From positions 1,612,001 to 1,676,000 of the forward strand of contig JAQGDQ010000004.1 of NCBI GenBank assembly GCA_030141605.1: a DNA stretch of 64,000 bases, read 5' to 3'. The notes below the pieces were generated by a model. It worked only from the letters and a program-made list of their open reading frames with translations, was not told the DNA's origin and searched no databases. Shown piece after piece: positions 1 to 14,342 of this stretch (its first letter is position 1; every line of letters begins with the position of its first letter). Made by a program: the position numbers and the translations under genes. The DNA is from Tubiluchus corallicola. Its lineage: Eukaryota; Animalia; Priapulida.

Positions 1-237
1 CGTGAGACTACTAGACTGTACACGAGATTTGACCGAGCAAAATAACTGCAAAATAGCAAATTCGGAATGCCACGCACAGTAAACTTGGCACACTTAACGT
101 AATGGATGCCCAACTGATCTCAAATACGTTTATAGACTGTGCAACTTAAAGGATTTCGGGCTCTGATTTGCTTGATTTAATTTACGATTTTTATATGGTC
201 CTACAGACTAGCCGGGTTGATGGTGCTTAATGCTTTA

Positions 238-614
238 AAGCAAAGTCGGGCCCAGTCTTAAACTGTAGGTCAAAATAACCTACTCTTTAAAATATTGAAA
301 GAAAACATTATTTGAAATTTAAATTTTTATCTTAGGACTTGCCTAGTTTTACAACACACTGAATATCTTACAGTAGCACTGAACTTCAATTTTCGCTTTC
401 GAAACACGTGCAACACGCTCGTGGAATATTTTTGCTGTTAAAAATTATGTTCGTTAGTGATGTCATCAATAGTTCGGCTCGCCCGCCCTTAATTAAGATT
501 TTAATTTATTATTTAATTATCAGAAACATTTTTGCAGTACTAGTTGTGTTAAAATATATACTTTTTATCGGACTTGAAAATGGGGTAGTATTTGAAAAGT
601 CATCCTGTCTTCCT
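238..614. mobile_element. Non-autonomous DNA transposon fragment, Kolobok-like family (copy A)
   Basis: Ends ...CATCCTGTCTTCCT|TTAA. Homologous to 24210-24755 and to the reverse complement of 9304-9505. A TTAA flank with an AGG terminus is typical of Kolobok elements. Confidence 0.6.
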
Positions 615-2461
615 TTAAATACAAACAAATGCACAATTGTAAGAACATAGCAAAATTATCTCGCCGGCCGCCAGTCGCTTAGTTAGGTATCTAACGCATT
701 TGGGTGCATCTTTAAGCAGCTTTTTTATAATTAAAAGTTTATTTTTGTTAAACAGTTTATATTTTGATCATGAAGTGTAACAAATCGTGTGTGTAACAAG
801 TCACGCAGTCACGGAGGGTTTCGGGAGGTTAGCCCATTGGAAGTTCCAGTCAAAGAGCTTAAGGGCCGCAAAATATCCTATTTGTTTAGCCGTTTAGGTT
901 TTAATTATCATCCTAAAAGTTGCAAGCTCGAATCTCAAAGTAGTCTATTCTGATCCTGATGTTGTCTTTGAACAACTTACTAAACGCTTGGTTTCCCTAA
1001 ACTTGAGCAGCTTTATTGGGGAAATCGTACCTGGGATATAAACTGAAAATCTTAATCATGATAAATTTGCAGTGAGCTGTATAACTGCAACTACTTTTTT
1101 TAACAGTTGATACTGGTCAATTTGGCTGTTGATACTCATAGATCAGTTTGGGTGTTGATACTCAGGGAAGAGCACAATTTGAAGGTTTTATTTTTTGAAC
1201 GATTAGATACGTGTTTGAAAACAACATCTTTATATTTCTGTCTATATATTTTTTATTAAGTTAATTTTGCATCCTAACGCCTATGCCTAATTATCCCAGA
1301 ATCAACCACAACTGGCTCTCTAAACTAATTGTAACGGTAGAATGATTTTACTGTGACTGACAAATCATCCCGCTTGGCTGTGTGACTGAGTGGCTATATG
1401 ACTGATTGACCAACTAACTGACTACTTAGTTTAGTTTAAACGTGGTTTACTTGATTTAGATTAGACAGTTTTTAAAACTGATACACGAATCATCACCGTG
1501 TAAGTGTATGAAGTACAGATAAATTAAAGTAATGTATAAATACAAACAAACACAAAGACATACTTACAAAGTTAGCGACACGGTGTATAAGATAAATAAT
1601 TGAAAAACTGTCACTATGTGTCCTAAAATTTACCGTAAATAGAGAAAAGGAATCCTAAAGTCTGATCACGTTAAAACGTTTATTTCTCCTAATGTAATTT
1701 TGAATGCAGTAAAGCATCACTGTAAGCATCACCAGTAAGATCATCGCTTCCACAAAGATACAATGACAGCAATTCGATATTATTATATTGTAAAATGTTG
1801 ATATTTAATGGCAAAAATATTTAATTGATTGAACATAGCAGCTCTGGCTTGTTAATAATGAGGGCATTCCAGGAAGAAACGTTCTGAGTTTTCAAGTAAT
1901 AACCACAAATAGAGTTTGGAAATACAAGTAGACCATTAGGGCCTTTCAAAAACAAATCACCCTTTAACTGACTAAAGCCAAATCGCATGCGTGCGTGACG
2001 GACAGAGTCGGTCTCCTGCACTATAAATAATACTTACGATTAAAGTTAAACTTCAGAATTGTTTTTAATTCCCGTTTGAATACCCTTGAATATGATACTT
2101 CACGTAACCATTGCGGAAGAGAATTCCAACAATTTATAGATGAAACAAAAAAAAGATCTTTCAAGTGCTACAGAACGAAGTTTCTATAGTTTGTTGTTGC
2201 CAACATTATATTTCTATTGTTGCGAACAGGCTAAAGTGTTAATCGCCCGCGGTGGTGGTAGTGAATGTAAGTAAGATAGCGATAATTGATTTGTAATTTT
2301 GAATAATAAGCATAAATAACGGCACTGGAAACGAACTGACAGAGGGTTAAAACCACCCCCTTCCAAAACTTTAACAGTATCACATCTTTGAACTGCACCA
2401 GAACAAATCGGTGCTGCTGACAAGTTAACATGTAGTAAACATAGTGCGTTATCGTAATAAT

Positions 2462-2499
2462 GAGAGAGAAAGAAAGAAGGAAAGAGAGAGAGAGAGAGA

Positions 2500-2590
<91 letters not shown>
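2462..2590. repeat. (GA)n microsatellite / polypurine tract
   Basis: Directly visible; source of the spurious ER/SL ORFs. Confidence 0.98.
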
Positions 2591-2592
<2 letters not shown>

Positions 2593-3041
2593 GAGTGAGA
2601 AGTGTTGTCGCTCTGAAAAATCGACTGACTACTTGAATCCATATTTTACTAATACTATAAGTTTGTTTTGAGATGCATCTTATTGTAGTACGTATGTTCG
2701 TTGTTTCGCTGCATGCTGTGGTTGATGTAATTGCCACGGAATGTTGCCGTTATGCCGACAGCCCAACGGCTTCATGAGGCCCTGCAGTATTGAGCCATTG
2801 CATTGACTTCGACAAACAATCACACTCTACAATCCAACCATTTGATTTTGTAACAAAACTTTTGTAGTTTGTGTGGTAAGTGCGTTTAGCAGGTATAAAT
2901 AACAGTAGTTTCAGCGTGTCGCAGGGAGTAATTAAATAGTTACTTGGATGATGAATGATGTCGTGTTTGTGGAGCAACTGCTTTATATTCCTATATCGAT
3001 TTTTCATAGAGCGGTAATGCCTGTCATTTGTCTTTTTATGT

Positions 3042-3190
<149 letters not shown>

Positions 3191-3280
3191 TCATATCACT
3201 CACCCTGCCTATATCTGTTACAGTAGTTTCATCATGATATGTTTGTCAGCGCAATTTGTCGCAGTATTAGCATTAGTATA

Positions 3281-4010
3281 GGAGTAAAATGTAAAACGAT
3301 TACGCCTGAACCTAGCGACTCTACTGCAAAACTGTTATAAAAGTAACTCGCATATTTACACGTCAGTTTCAACCACGATATCAGTCTGCATTTGTCTGCC
3401 TCTCTGTATACCTGGCTGCCTGCCTGCCTGCTTATCTACCTGCTCGTCTGCTTATCTATCTGTGTGTCTATCTGTCTATCTATTCGCCTACCTCTGTCCG
3501 TCCATCCGTCCGTATTTCTCTTTCTTCCTCTCTCTCTTTTCCCTGCCTTATCCGTCTATCTACATGACTTTCTATCTGTTTATCTATTTGCCGTCTGTCT
3601 GTCTAGTATCTATGTTCTATTTAAGCCAGCTAAATATCTAAGTTATCTTTGCTCTCATTCACTTCGTCTCGATAAAATATTATGGCAGAATAATGTGGTC
3701 GATATTTTGCTAGTGTGCAATAATTACCTAGGCTGCTATATTATGTGACCTCGCTCGTAAAGATATAGAACGCACGTTGCGTATGAGTCGGCATTCCTCT
3801 CATCTCCTCGACTACACTGCCCAGAGCGAATTAGCTCAACTAGAATGTTCGCTCTTATGTCTACAGCATGGCGTTATCGAGGTGAATTAAATCTATAATT
3901 CAATGAGTTATCGTAGTTGAAACTAATGTGCGAATATGCGAGTTACTCTTATAACAGTTTTGCAGTAGAATCGTTGAGTTCGGATGTCATCGTTCATATT
4001 TTGCATTACT
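3281..4010. mobile_element. MITE with ~100-bp imperfect terminal inverted repeats and an internal (TCTG/TCTA)n tract
   Basis: 3281-3380 (…ctctactgcaaaactgttataaaagtaactcgcatattt…) is the reverse complement of 3909-4010 (…gaatatgcgagttactcttataacagttttgcagtagaat…). Confidence 0.75.
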
Positions 4011-7000
4011 AGTAGTTTTTTTGAAATAAGGCTATAATTTTGTAAAACGTGCGTGTTGCTTTGGTTTTTAAACTTGTTTTTTTGCATTAGCATTTTTGGA
4101 TAACGGCTTGTTTGCTTGACCTGACATCATTCATTAATTGACCTAAACCACTAAGGCCCTAATGAGCAAAAAAATGAGTGCGTAAGACAACGAAATATTG
4201 AAACATTTAGGTTGCTTAAGTAGGATCAAATTTATTAACAGAACATTTAGCTTGTTTACATGATACCAGGACGTTCTGATAATTTTTTAGTTGGATGGCT
4301 GATGTGTAACGAAATGGAGATTTGTAACCAGATTACTATAATTCTCAAATACGTAAAAACTATCATCCTTAAATGTTCTTTAAAGACCAAATGTAAAAAT
4401 GCTTGCTACACGTGACAAAATAATGCTTTGCGTTAAACAAATTATTAGATTATGATAAAGTGCCTGCTTATACATAAGAATTTTTTGTTTTTGTTACAAA
4501 CGTTATCAGTGTGACTGTTAAGGATCACACGCACTGCCTCGCAGATTTTTCATTGAACACACAAAAAACGTTGGACATTGGCCCAACCTTGCATAATATT
4601 ACCTCCGCCAGCCTAGTGGAAGTACACATTCGATCAGTACACATTTTGAAAGATTACCTAAAACGTGTGTCGTGCTGTTTAGAAATAAAATTAGCGGAGG
4701 AAAACGAAGAAAGTAACGAACTGCATCTGTTTCATTCTAGTCAATTTTTGTGTGGTTCATGTCGACTTTGTTAGTTCAGTTTGTTCTGTGTTTTTAACAA
4801 TCTTCGGCTTTGTCAAGGAAAGGATTCCCATGGGAAGTGTGCAAGAATATGAGATAGGTATTTTCGCCTCATATGCGCCATAAAAAAGCAATAATTATGG
4901 CAGCTCATAGGTTCACCGGTATTTCTTTCTGATGCATCGGCGTTCTAATTAATGGAACTCGCTCTTTTCTCGAGAACTAGTTTGCGGTGTAGCTTTACCC
5001 TAGATATATGCAGTACAGTACGTGGTACGCGTATTTCACTGCCTCGCTTGTATTTCCGTTTCAGCCGTCGGCTGTGCACTTGTGTAGGTTCAGGGAAGTC
5101 AACGGACAGGTTTATGTATGCACAGTAAGCATATGGCGCGTACGAGAGGATAAATACACGGGCGCCAGGGGTCGCTAGCTGAAACCTCGTGCTCGTAGCG
5201 CTGCCTACTAAACATCGTCGATTCTTTGTACAAGGCGGAAATACGATCTTCTGGTGTCGAACGTTGTTTACGTGTGTTGCGTGTGCAATTGTGACTTCAA
5301 AATATGTAGGTGAAATGTGCATATCTTTCATTTACTTTGCATGCCGCACCGACATTGAAAAACCGACGTAACCTTGCCACTAACAGTACGTAATATTTGC
5401 TATCATTATAGGCCAAATATGTTACGAAATAGATTTTTTTTTATATTATTTAACTCTTATATATGGCATGAAAGAATCGATGTTGATTTTGTCTTGAAAG
5501 GTGCTAGGCAGATTTTTGTCTATAATTATACTAATCTAAAACGGAGTTGCAGGTATATTTTCGTGCCTTATTATATGTTAGTTCAATTGAAGTAGAGTGA
5601 GTTGTCATTGTAGTTTACGAAATAATGGATTTAATATACGCTTACAGTTCAGCTAACGTTTTGCAAGTGGTAATGAAAAAATCGATACATATTCTAGCTA
5701 TGCTAACCATTTGTTACAAATTATTAGCTGGTAATTTCGCTTATATAGATAAAGAAAAACTGTTAATTTTTATGCGCGCCGACGGCTAATTAAATGAACA
5801 ATGAACAGTATCACCTCCAGGATCGTAAAGCTTACTCTTCTTCCACCATAAGTAAACTTAAGTCCACATAGATTTCTTTTAAACTTTGTAGCGAGTTTAA
5901 CGATAAACTGATCTTCGTAAAGCAGTTTGCAAAACTGAGTTAGGTTTGCATATCTGGGATACACTGCTTTTGCGAATCGCTTGTAACTGGTCTACTTCGC
6001 AACTCGGCTCAGATGCTACTGTCTTTACACCTCATCAACTTGTTTACCGATTTTGCATTGTAATGCAACGATGTTCTGTTTTATAAATAATTAGGTACAT
6101 ATTTTGATTCCCTGTGTATTTATTGTTATGAAAGACTTTCACTGTCATGCTTTAAGGTGAAGAACTTTAGGAGTAGAGTGAAAGAACGAGGGAGGGAGGG
6201 AGAGAGAGAGGGGGAGAAAGGAAGAGAGGGGGAGAGTGAATGAGTGAGTGAGAGATAGAGATAGAGAAAGAGAGCTTGTACCGTACAGTGAAGTCTCTCC
6301 AAAGATTGGTGATTCAATGTCGCAGTGGCCTCGAGAATCGAAGTCGAACTAAGAAGACGTTTCCAGACTACACGCTGTCAGCTGCCTCCCGACAGCATTC
6401 AAAAAGTGTGTGACCCAGAATGTGTCAATGTAAAACCATAAGCAAGCTCAGTCTTAGTATCGATTGCGCTAATTGCCGACAATGGTAACAGTGTTTAAGT
6501 GAATTTTAATGTGAACAGTAGTCTAGTATGTCTAAACTGTAAAGCAAGGTGCGTTGGAAATGCTCCTAAGAGTTTATATTGATAAGCTGCCCAGATACTT
6601 GTTTGCGTCCGCCCCAGGTTATCACGCGAGCGAGCTAGCGAGATAGACTCTCCGAGCTGCCGACATTTTGTTGAATACCGAGTGGTGCAAATACGAATAC
6701 GCGTAGTCTGTGTGTGCGTCGATGCAGGTTGCTCCGGATAGTGTTCCGAAATCAGGCTTGAAATGAGCAGCTAATGTCAAACACACAGTGAATTATTGAA
6801 ACTGGGTTGGGTAGTGTTAATTTCGAAAAATCATTTGTTTATGTGTGTTTGTTCATTGACTGGATAGCACTTTGTAAACTGACTTCATGACGTGGGCAGT
6901 TCAGGTGAAAAAAATTTACATTGATTTTGATTACAATTAGATTCTTCTAACAATATTTTACTTCGGCAGATTAGGCTTATTTGTTAATAGGCAAAACAGA

Positions 7001-7681
7001 ATGAATATTGCAAACACATTTATCGCAAGTGATTAAGAGAGTTTGAATAATAATTTGAGAAGAAACAAATATTAAAGAATGTAACTGACTGTTAGGTTTG
7101 TTTTTTCATATTCTGGTATTATGATCGCTCCATAAAGTAACAATAACTGAATGATTATCTAATATTTTCTGTTCATATATTTCTTGTTAAGATGACAGTC
7201 GTTCGTTTGCAAAGACAACGTTAATGAGATTTGTAGTTTATCATACGTTCATGAGAACGACATTTTTAGTTCATATATTTCCGGTTGTTCATCGTATATT
7301 CATTAAATTCAAGTAACTCTCTACACTCTCTACAATAACTCTCTAACTTTCTATTATAGTAACATTGTTATTATTTTCTTTAAAATTTTTATATGTGACG
7401 AACGAATTCTTTATTGACGAAACAGGTTGATTGACTAACCAGTTGCCGAGAATTATTATACGTGCATATACGATTTTCGTTTGAGAATAGTAATCGCGTA
7501 GACATGTAGGAAGTTTATCAATGTTGAGCAAGTGATATTTTAATCTCTGGGAACGGGAATCTATTGGAGAAACGGGTAGGCTGTAACTTGCCTTTTATTT
7601 ACTGGCTTGTAGACCTTAAGGATTAATTTAATTACTCCTGAATTAGCTTAAGCATGCCAAGGCTAAGGCGATATACAGGAC

Positions 7682-8127
7682 CAGGCCCTATTTCAAGGGG
7701 GGGGGGGGAAGTGGGGATACTTCCACGGGGCCTCACCCTCCAAGGGGGCCTCGCGCCTATGTAACTTTTTTTTTGCTTTATGCGAACATACTGCCTCGTC
7801 TCTCCCGCTCTCTCTCTTGCCGTGAGTTAATTGATAACTTTGCGAAACAAAAAGTCAAAAGATGGCTTGTACGGAAGTGAGAGTGCGGTATTACATATTG
7901 CAAAGATGTTGTTTTTGATTTGAATATTTGGCAAGTATTAAGGACTGGTCTTGAGAATAAAGCAGTTTTTCTTTCAATTGTTCTTTCCTTTAACAACTGT
8001 ATAACTCCATATTTTCTCTTCGAAAATGCTTCTCCGGCGTTCTAGCAGTTCAAAAATTTTCTGGGCACCAACCATGGCCTCACACCCGCCACTTCCCCGG
8101 GCCTCGCTTAGGCTGAAATAGGCCCTG
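7682..8127. mobile_element. hAT-family MITE (446 bp)
   Basis: 14-bp TIRs CAGGCCCTATTTCA / TGAAATAGGCCCTG (13/14 match) and a perfect 8-bp TSD TACAGGAC at 7674-7681 and 8128-8135. Confidence 0.92.
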
Positions 8128-9303
8128 TACAGGACTCATGCGTAGGGTCATTTAAACGTCTTGCTATTTAAAATCTTCCAGCTTGAAAATCTGGTGTGCT
8201 GATCAATCAGCTGAGGAAATACTTCTAACTTACTCATAATGCAGACAAGATGATGAAAATCGTGTTACTGATAATGTGGCAGAGTGATTTTAGTACTCAC
8301 AATATATGACCAAAAATGAACACGTAGTTATAATATTTGAAGTGCTTAAGATGGATGATGACTCAGACGAGCTAGATGAACGTAACTCGCTGGGTGAGGA
8401 ATGAGGAGCATTGCATTTTGCATTTTAATTATTTTATTGGTTGCATTAGAGCCACACTGTTCCCACACGCGAATTACAATGGTGAAATGATGTAGTATAT
8501 GCAATAGCTGTGCGGATAATAGTAGCCTATAAAGGGTTAACTTTTTCTTAGCTTTTCACGGCTAATGCGAAAGCAGTCATTTATCACACTTTTTCAGCGC
8601 AAACAGTCAGACAAGGACAAGTGAGGCCTGGCCCTGCATGGCGTTTTTATAAAATCTGATTTTACCTGATGATTTTACAGTAAGGCCTAAAGCACTGTTT
8701 TGTTGCTGTAATAATACCTATAACCAACTATATAATTATAGCAAGTTTTTTGTAAAACAATAAATGGGAGAGAAGTGCAGGAGGTTTTCTAATAGAGTTT
8801 TACTTAACTATTTTTTTCGTGCTCATCATTGCCGGCTTACTGTGCGGCCAAATCAATTCATTTTCCGTTAGGTGCTTCAATGAATAGGAACTGACTGCAT
8901 GACTACTTGAGCATACTTTTGCAAATTTGTAAGAAAAATTCATAATAATTAAAATAATTGCCATTTAGACAAGTACAGAGATTTCTATTAGAAGGTTGTT
9001 TAAGGCTAAGCACATAAATATTATTCATCGATGCAAATAACTAATGGTACAAATATAGTCTAGCATAGGTAGTATAAAAGTCACTGGGTGGGGAACAGAA
9101 GCATGTTAAGATAATTTCGCTTAGGGGACTGTCCTGACAGTTTGCCAAAAAATTATTCAGCTTTATCTTGTATACCCGATTTTACTATACTATGGTAAAA
9201 ATTGCCACAATATCCAAAAAAGTACTGATACGAAACAACTAAATCCTGGTAGGCCTACAACAATCACTAATCATTTTAAATGCGGTTAGCATATTTTAGT
9301 TAA

Positions 9304-9505
9304 AGGAAGCCAGGATGATTTTTCATATCCTACACCATTTTCAAGTACGGTAAAAAGTATGCATTTAACATGAATAATACTGCAAACGCGTTTCTGATAA
9401 TTAAATAATAGATTAAAATCTTAATTAACAGCGCGCGAGCCCACCAGTGAAGACATCACTAGCTATCATAATTTTCAACATAGAAACATTCCATGAGGGT
9501 GTTAT
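9304..9505. mobile_element. Kolobok-like family terminal fragment (copy B), truncated at a (TA)n tract
   Basis: TTAA|AGGAAGCCAGGATGATTTTTCATA… is the reverse complement of ~415-614. Confidence 0.65.
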
Positions 9506-9510
9506 TCCAA

Positions 9511-9511
<1 letters not shown>

Positions 9512-9554
<43 letters not shown>
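9512..9554. repeat. (TA)n microsatellite
   Basis: Directly visible. Confidence 0.95.
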
Positions 9555-9557
<3 letters not shown>

Positions 9558-12500
9558 AATTACGACCGCAAACAGGCACGTTAATTAAAGCGTACCACAA
9601 GCTTGTTCCTTGTCATAAACTGAATGTATCACTTCGTTGTATTACACATTAATTTATGGCGCAATTAGGCCTAATTTCAATTCAGTTGCAGACAGTTATG
9701 TATGCTGTTCACTAATAATTTAAGTAACTTTTTCCTTATTAACAGGTGAATTATTGGAAAGACAGGAATATTGACGAGTTACATCCAGTTATAACATAGC
9801 CTATTAAATAGTTATTCTGCTAACCTGGTGATTCTACGACTCTCTTCAGCGTTACGAGTAATTTGCAAAATGTTTACATTTTCATTTTCAATGAAATATT
9901 TTTACCTCTATAAGTTTAAATATTTTAAGACTTAGTCTATACTGTGGAATAATTTCTACAAGTTATATATAACTCGTAGTCATCAACGGCAGATCAAGGA
10001 TATATTTTTTCAATAAAATGGTTGTTCGAGTGTTCACACTGCTAAAAGCCAACGAATGACAGTTGCTGCGTATTATAATTTTGGAAGGCCACGTCGTTGG
10101 TGTATTTTTTTTTGTGCAAACTCGGAACTCCTGATTTTGCAGTAATCGAAGTAATAAGTGATTGTCGTTTATGTATAGTATATGCCCTACTCTGCTAAGC
10201 TTCGTTATTACTTTTGTATTAAAAGTTTTAGCCTTAATTTGTAACTTTAACATTAGAAGTTTTTGTAGAAATGACAGCAAGTTGTTCAAATACCTGACTT
10301 AAGTATTTAAGACTGCAAAATTCTCATTAATTATTTGGCCGCTTTTCATTTATTCATACTACTTAAGCCAGCAAGTAAACCCTGAAAATAAATTTAGCTG
10401 ATCCATGTGTTTTTTGTGCATCTAAATATTTTTTCACAACATTCAAACTGCCCCAATGCGCTCATAAGTGACTGGTCTGTTAGAGCTATTAGAGAAAAAC
10501 AGATGCTAAGGACAACTCATTTACAGAGAAAAAGTATAATTAATAACTTGATCTGGTACTTATAAGTAATTTAGTTTGCTGTAAAATCCACTCTAACCCT
10601 ACCAAACATAAATGCATATAATTAATGTTATCCCTATTTGTATATAATTCTTTATAGCACAGAGTTTCTTTAAGCTTGAGTAAAGTTAGATTATACTTTG
10701 CTCAGGAACCCTCTCCGCAAAAATTAGGTACTTGGTTCTTTAAAAATTGTCCTTTAACAGTTACAGCCGATAAAGAGATTTGAAATCGATCCATCGAAGT
10801 TCGGCACAATTTTTAAATTTGCCACGTAAAATTTTTACAAGGTCAAGTAAAGGGCGTCGAGGCAAACTTCTACAAGAAATCTGTACTTTGCTGGGAATGG
10901 ATTTTGGCAAAAAGATAAAAATAAAAACTCCCAGAAGTTTAAGTTTATGATATTTGAAAAACGACGTTTATTTCATGTTTTTGAGTTGTTGAGAAAAGTG
11001 GGAAGCTTAACCCAAGCTATTCATAGCTTAAATTTTGTGATAAAATATTTTTGTTGAGATTTTATTAACTATATATGGCTGCATCGCATGAAAGCAAAAG
11101 TCAAATCTCTTGGAAAGTTAAACTTATATATTAATATTTGAGAAACGCGTTAAAAAGTTTCAGCAACAAAATTGTGATAACTACCTTGGATAATTAGTAA
11201 AATCAGTTTAAAGTCGCAATCACTTCAAATTTTGCTCGTTTTGACCAAAAAATGGCGTATGGCGTCACCAATACTTATCTGTAATTATATTTTGTAGTAC
11301 AATATACTTACTCATCTTGAGGTGTAATTCTGTGGATTAACGTTTTGTGAGCTCTTTAAAGTTATTGTAAATTGATCCGATGACTAATTCTTACATAAAC
11401 TCAGTTAAACACAAAGTTTTAGTCAGCAGCGGAATCTCTGAGTGAACGGCAGAGCCTTGTTATGCTACCTTCGTGCTGTCCACCGGCTTACGTCATTTTT
11501 TCAGTTTTTTTCACCGCAGCGAGGTTCGTTTGGTAGGACATATGAATGATTTAAATTTCCTTTGCATTTTTAAGCAAGGCGTTTTATGCGTGTATGTTAT
11601 GTTGTAATTTCAATATATTTCAGTGCGTATTAAAATGCAATAAATGTTGATTGTTGATCAAGGGTTAATTTGCCTTGAAAGTAAACGCTTGAGACTCTTT
11701 TTGCGACTGGTACAGAGAAAGTGCATTCAATCTTATGTGAATGCGACTTATTTATTCTAATGGGCCACACGTGGACTTACACCATCTATGGGTGTAATTT
11801 TCCTATATAAAAGATGAGGCCGTCTAACAGAAATTTATTACATGATTTTTTCTCTTTGCTACTAGTATTTTTCCAAAGATACTGCTAGTCCAAAGATATT
11901 CTCTCTAAGTTAGACATTAATAACTCACCCAGTCAACCTGTTGCTGAATCTGGTATTCCGAGAATCTGGTATTCTGGTATGGTTTTAGCCTGTACAGCAA
12001 CTGCTACTGCTTCCTTTGCCACAATAGCCAAAATTGGTGTCCAGCCTATATACAATGACTGGGTGAAAACTACCATAATTCACGTGCATATCGTTTTTTC
12101 CATACGAGACAGCTTGTAAAATCTTCTGGATGGTATAGCGTACAGTGACAGCATCTTCTATAGCTGCTAGCAAATTGACATGTATATGTTTTGCGGAGTT
12201 CAGTAAATGGTGGTAACCCAGTCTTCCAAAACAGAGGAGTGCAAACAAATAGAATTTCAGAAATAATCTTCAGAAAGAAGCGTTACAGACATTCTTCTCG
12301 CTGGAACGCTCATCACCAACATACAAAACAAACTTCCTGTAACAGTTATTGCATCTCAGAACTTTATAATACGAAAGACATGTGCTTCAAACCAATTTTT
12401 ACTCTCAACGGCGAGGCCATTCAACTCTCTTCGAATAAAAACAATTCATGTTATAACACCAGCATAGTTTTCGATTTGTCAAATTTTCAAAGACGTTATT

Positions 12501-13088
12501 CATTAAAATGATTTTAATGATTGAATCCATCAAACCCCAAACATTGCGCATAATGCACAAACTTCAAAAATCATTTTTTCGATCTCAAAATATTTAGATC
12601 AATATAGAATAAATAATATAGAATTGCATTGAAACACGCAAGACCCACCTAGGTCTTAGCCATCTGAAAGGAGGATGAAAGCTTTGAAATTTTAAAAAAG
12701 CCTAAGGCTTCTTGAATTGCATTGGATCGCATGAAACTTCAGATTTTTTGATTTGCCATTATGAATTCAAGATGTCGGCGTTTGTAGAAAAACCTAAAAA
12801 TCTGCTCGTAAACTTAAATCTTCGAAAGATATCTAGAATAAATTTTATATCTGTAGGTGGGGTCAGATTTTTGATCCACTACCTCGAGTTCAGAGAGTCC
12901 CTCGACCAATAGTTCGAGTTCAACTTGTTAGTATTAAGCATTAATGACCTTTTATATTTTCGTGTAGGCTCACAGCCTAAATGTTAGACATTCCTTGCTA
13001 GTGCACTCTGACCTTCAATCATTGTCGTTTTCTATCTCTGCCTGCCCCAACCCCTGTCTCTCTATTTTGTAGGTTTACCCTGCAAATA

Positions 13089-13467
<379 letters not shown>

Positions 13468-13662
13468 AGTCAGTTCACTGCAAGGCTCACTTAGAATGGC
13501 CTGTCACCTACTGACAATCCCAGATAGACAAATGTTTGAATTTCGTTCAGCAAGTTTTGTATAACTGACGTTGTTGGCAACATTGGGTAATTTTTACCTT
13601 TGTTCCAGGGTCAATGAATGCATGACCAAAAAATTCCCACTTATCATCTAGGACCTACACCT

Positions 13663-14342
13663 GATATTTTTGCGGACAAAGCCTGCCTTTATAATAGTAT
13701 ACTGTTGCAATTGTTCGAATCCTGGATTCTCCCTCCTTGAGGGTCGGGGAGGCGATAAAATATTTTTGTCATAGCTGGGTTCTCACTAGGTGACACATCA
13801 CTCTTAAGCTAACACAGTTTAAACTCAATATCCTAGAACCTTTGGAAGAGGGAGTGTCACTGGTGCAGGCCATCGCCCAAAAGTGTCACTCATCATCTAA
13901 AGTCTACATTGATATTCTGCAGGGCAAAACCACTGTTTATAATGTTACAGCTGCAATTGTTGGAAACCTAGATGTGCCCTCCCTCCCCCAGGGAAAGGCT
14001 AAAATATTTTCATCAATTTTGGATGTCTGTACCCTCTATCATGGATCCTCCGTTCCCCCTCCACTTCCGGGATTGCCAACCATCCCCTGAAAACTGTCAC
14101 TCATTGCCTAATACATGTGTATCTACAGTTGACATTTTGAGGAAGAAAATCTGCCTTTACAACACTATAATTGCACTTGAGCTATAATTGTCCAAAATCC
14201 TGGATCCACTCTACCAACTGGGAGTGGGTTAAAAGACTTTCGTCAATGTATACTTGAGATTTTGAAGGACAAAACTTGCCTTTAGAACTATATAGTTGCA
14301 ATTATTTGAATCTTAGATCTGCCGTCAACCCTGGGGGGATGG
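13663..14342. repeat. Degenerate array of four ~90-bp units
   Basis: The unit gatattttg…ggacaaaa…tgcctttata…ttgcaattg…aatcctggat…ggg recurs at about 13663, 13911, 14131 and 14256. Confidence 0.6.

Noticed and set aside
8147-8540. Possible piggyBac relic ending GGG|TTAA
   Set aside because: No matching left terminus or clear transposase motif found.
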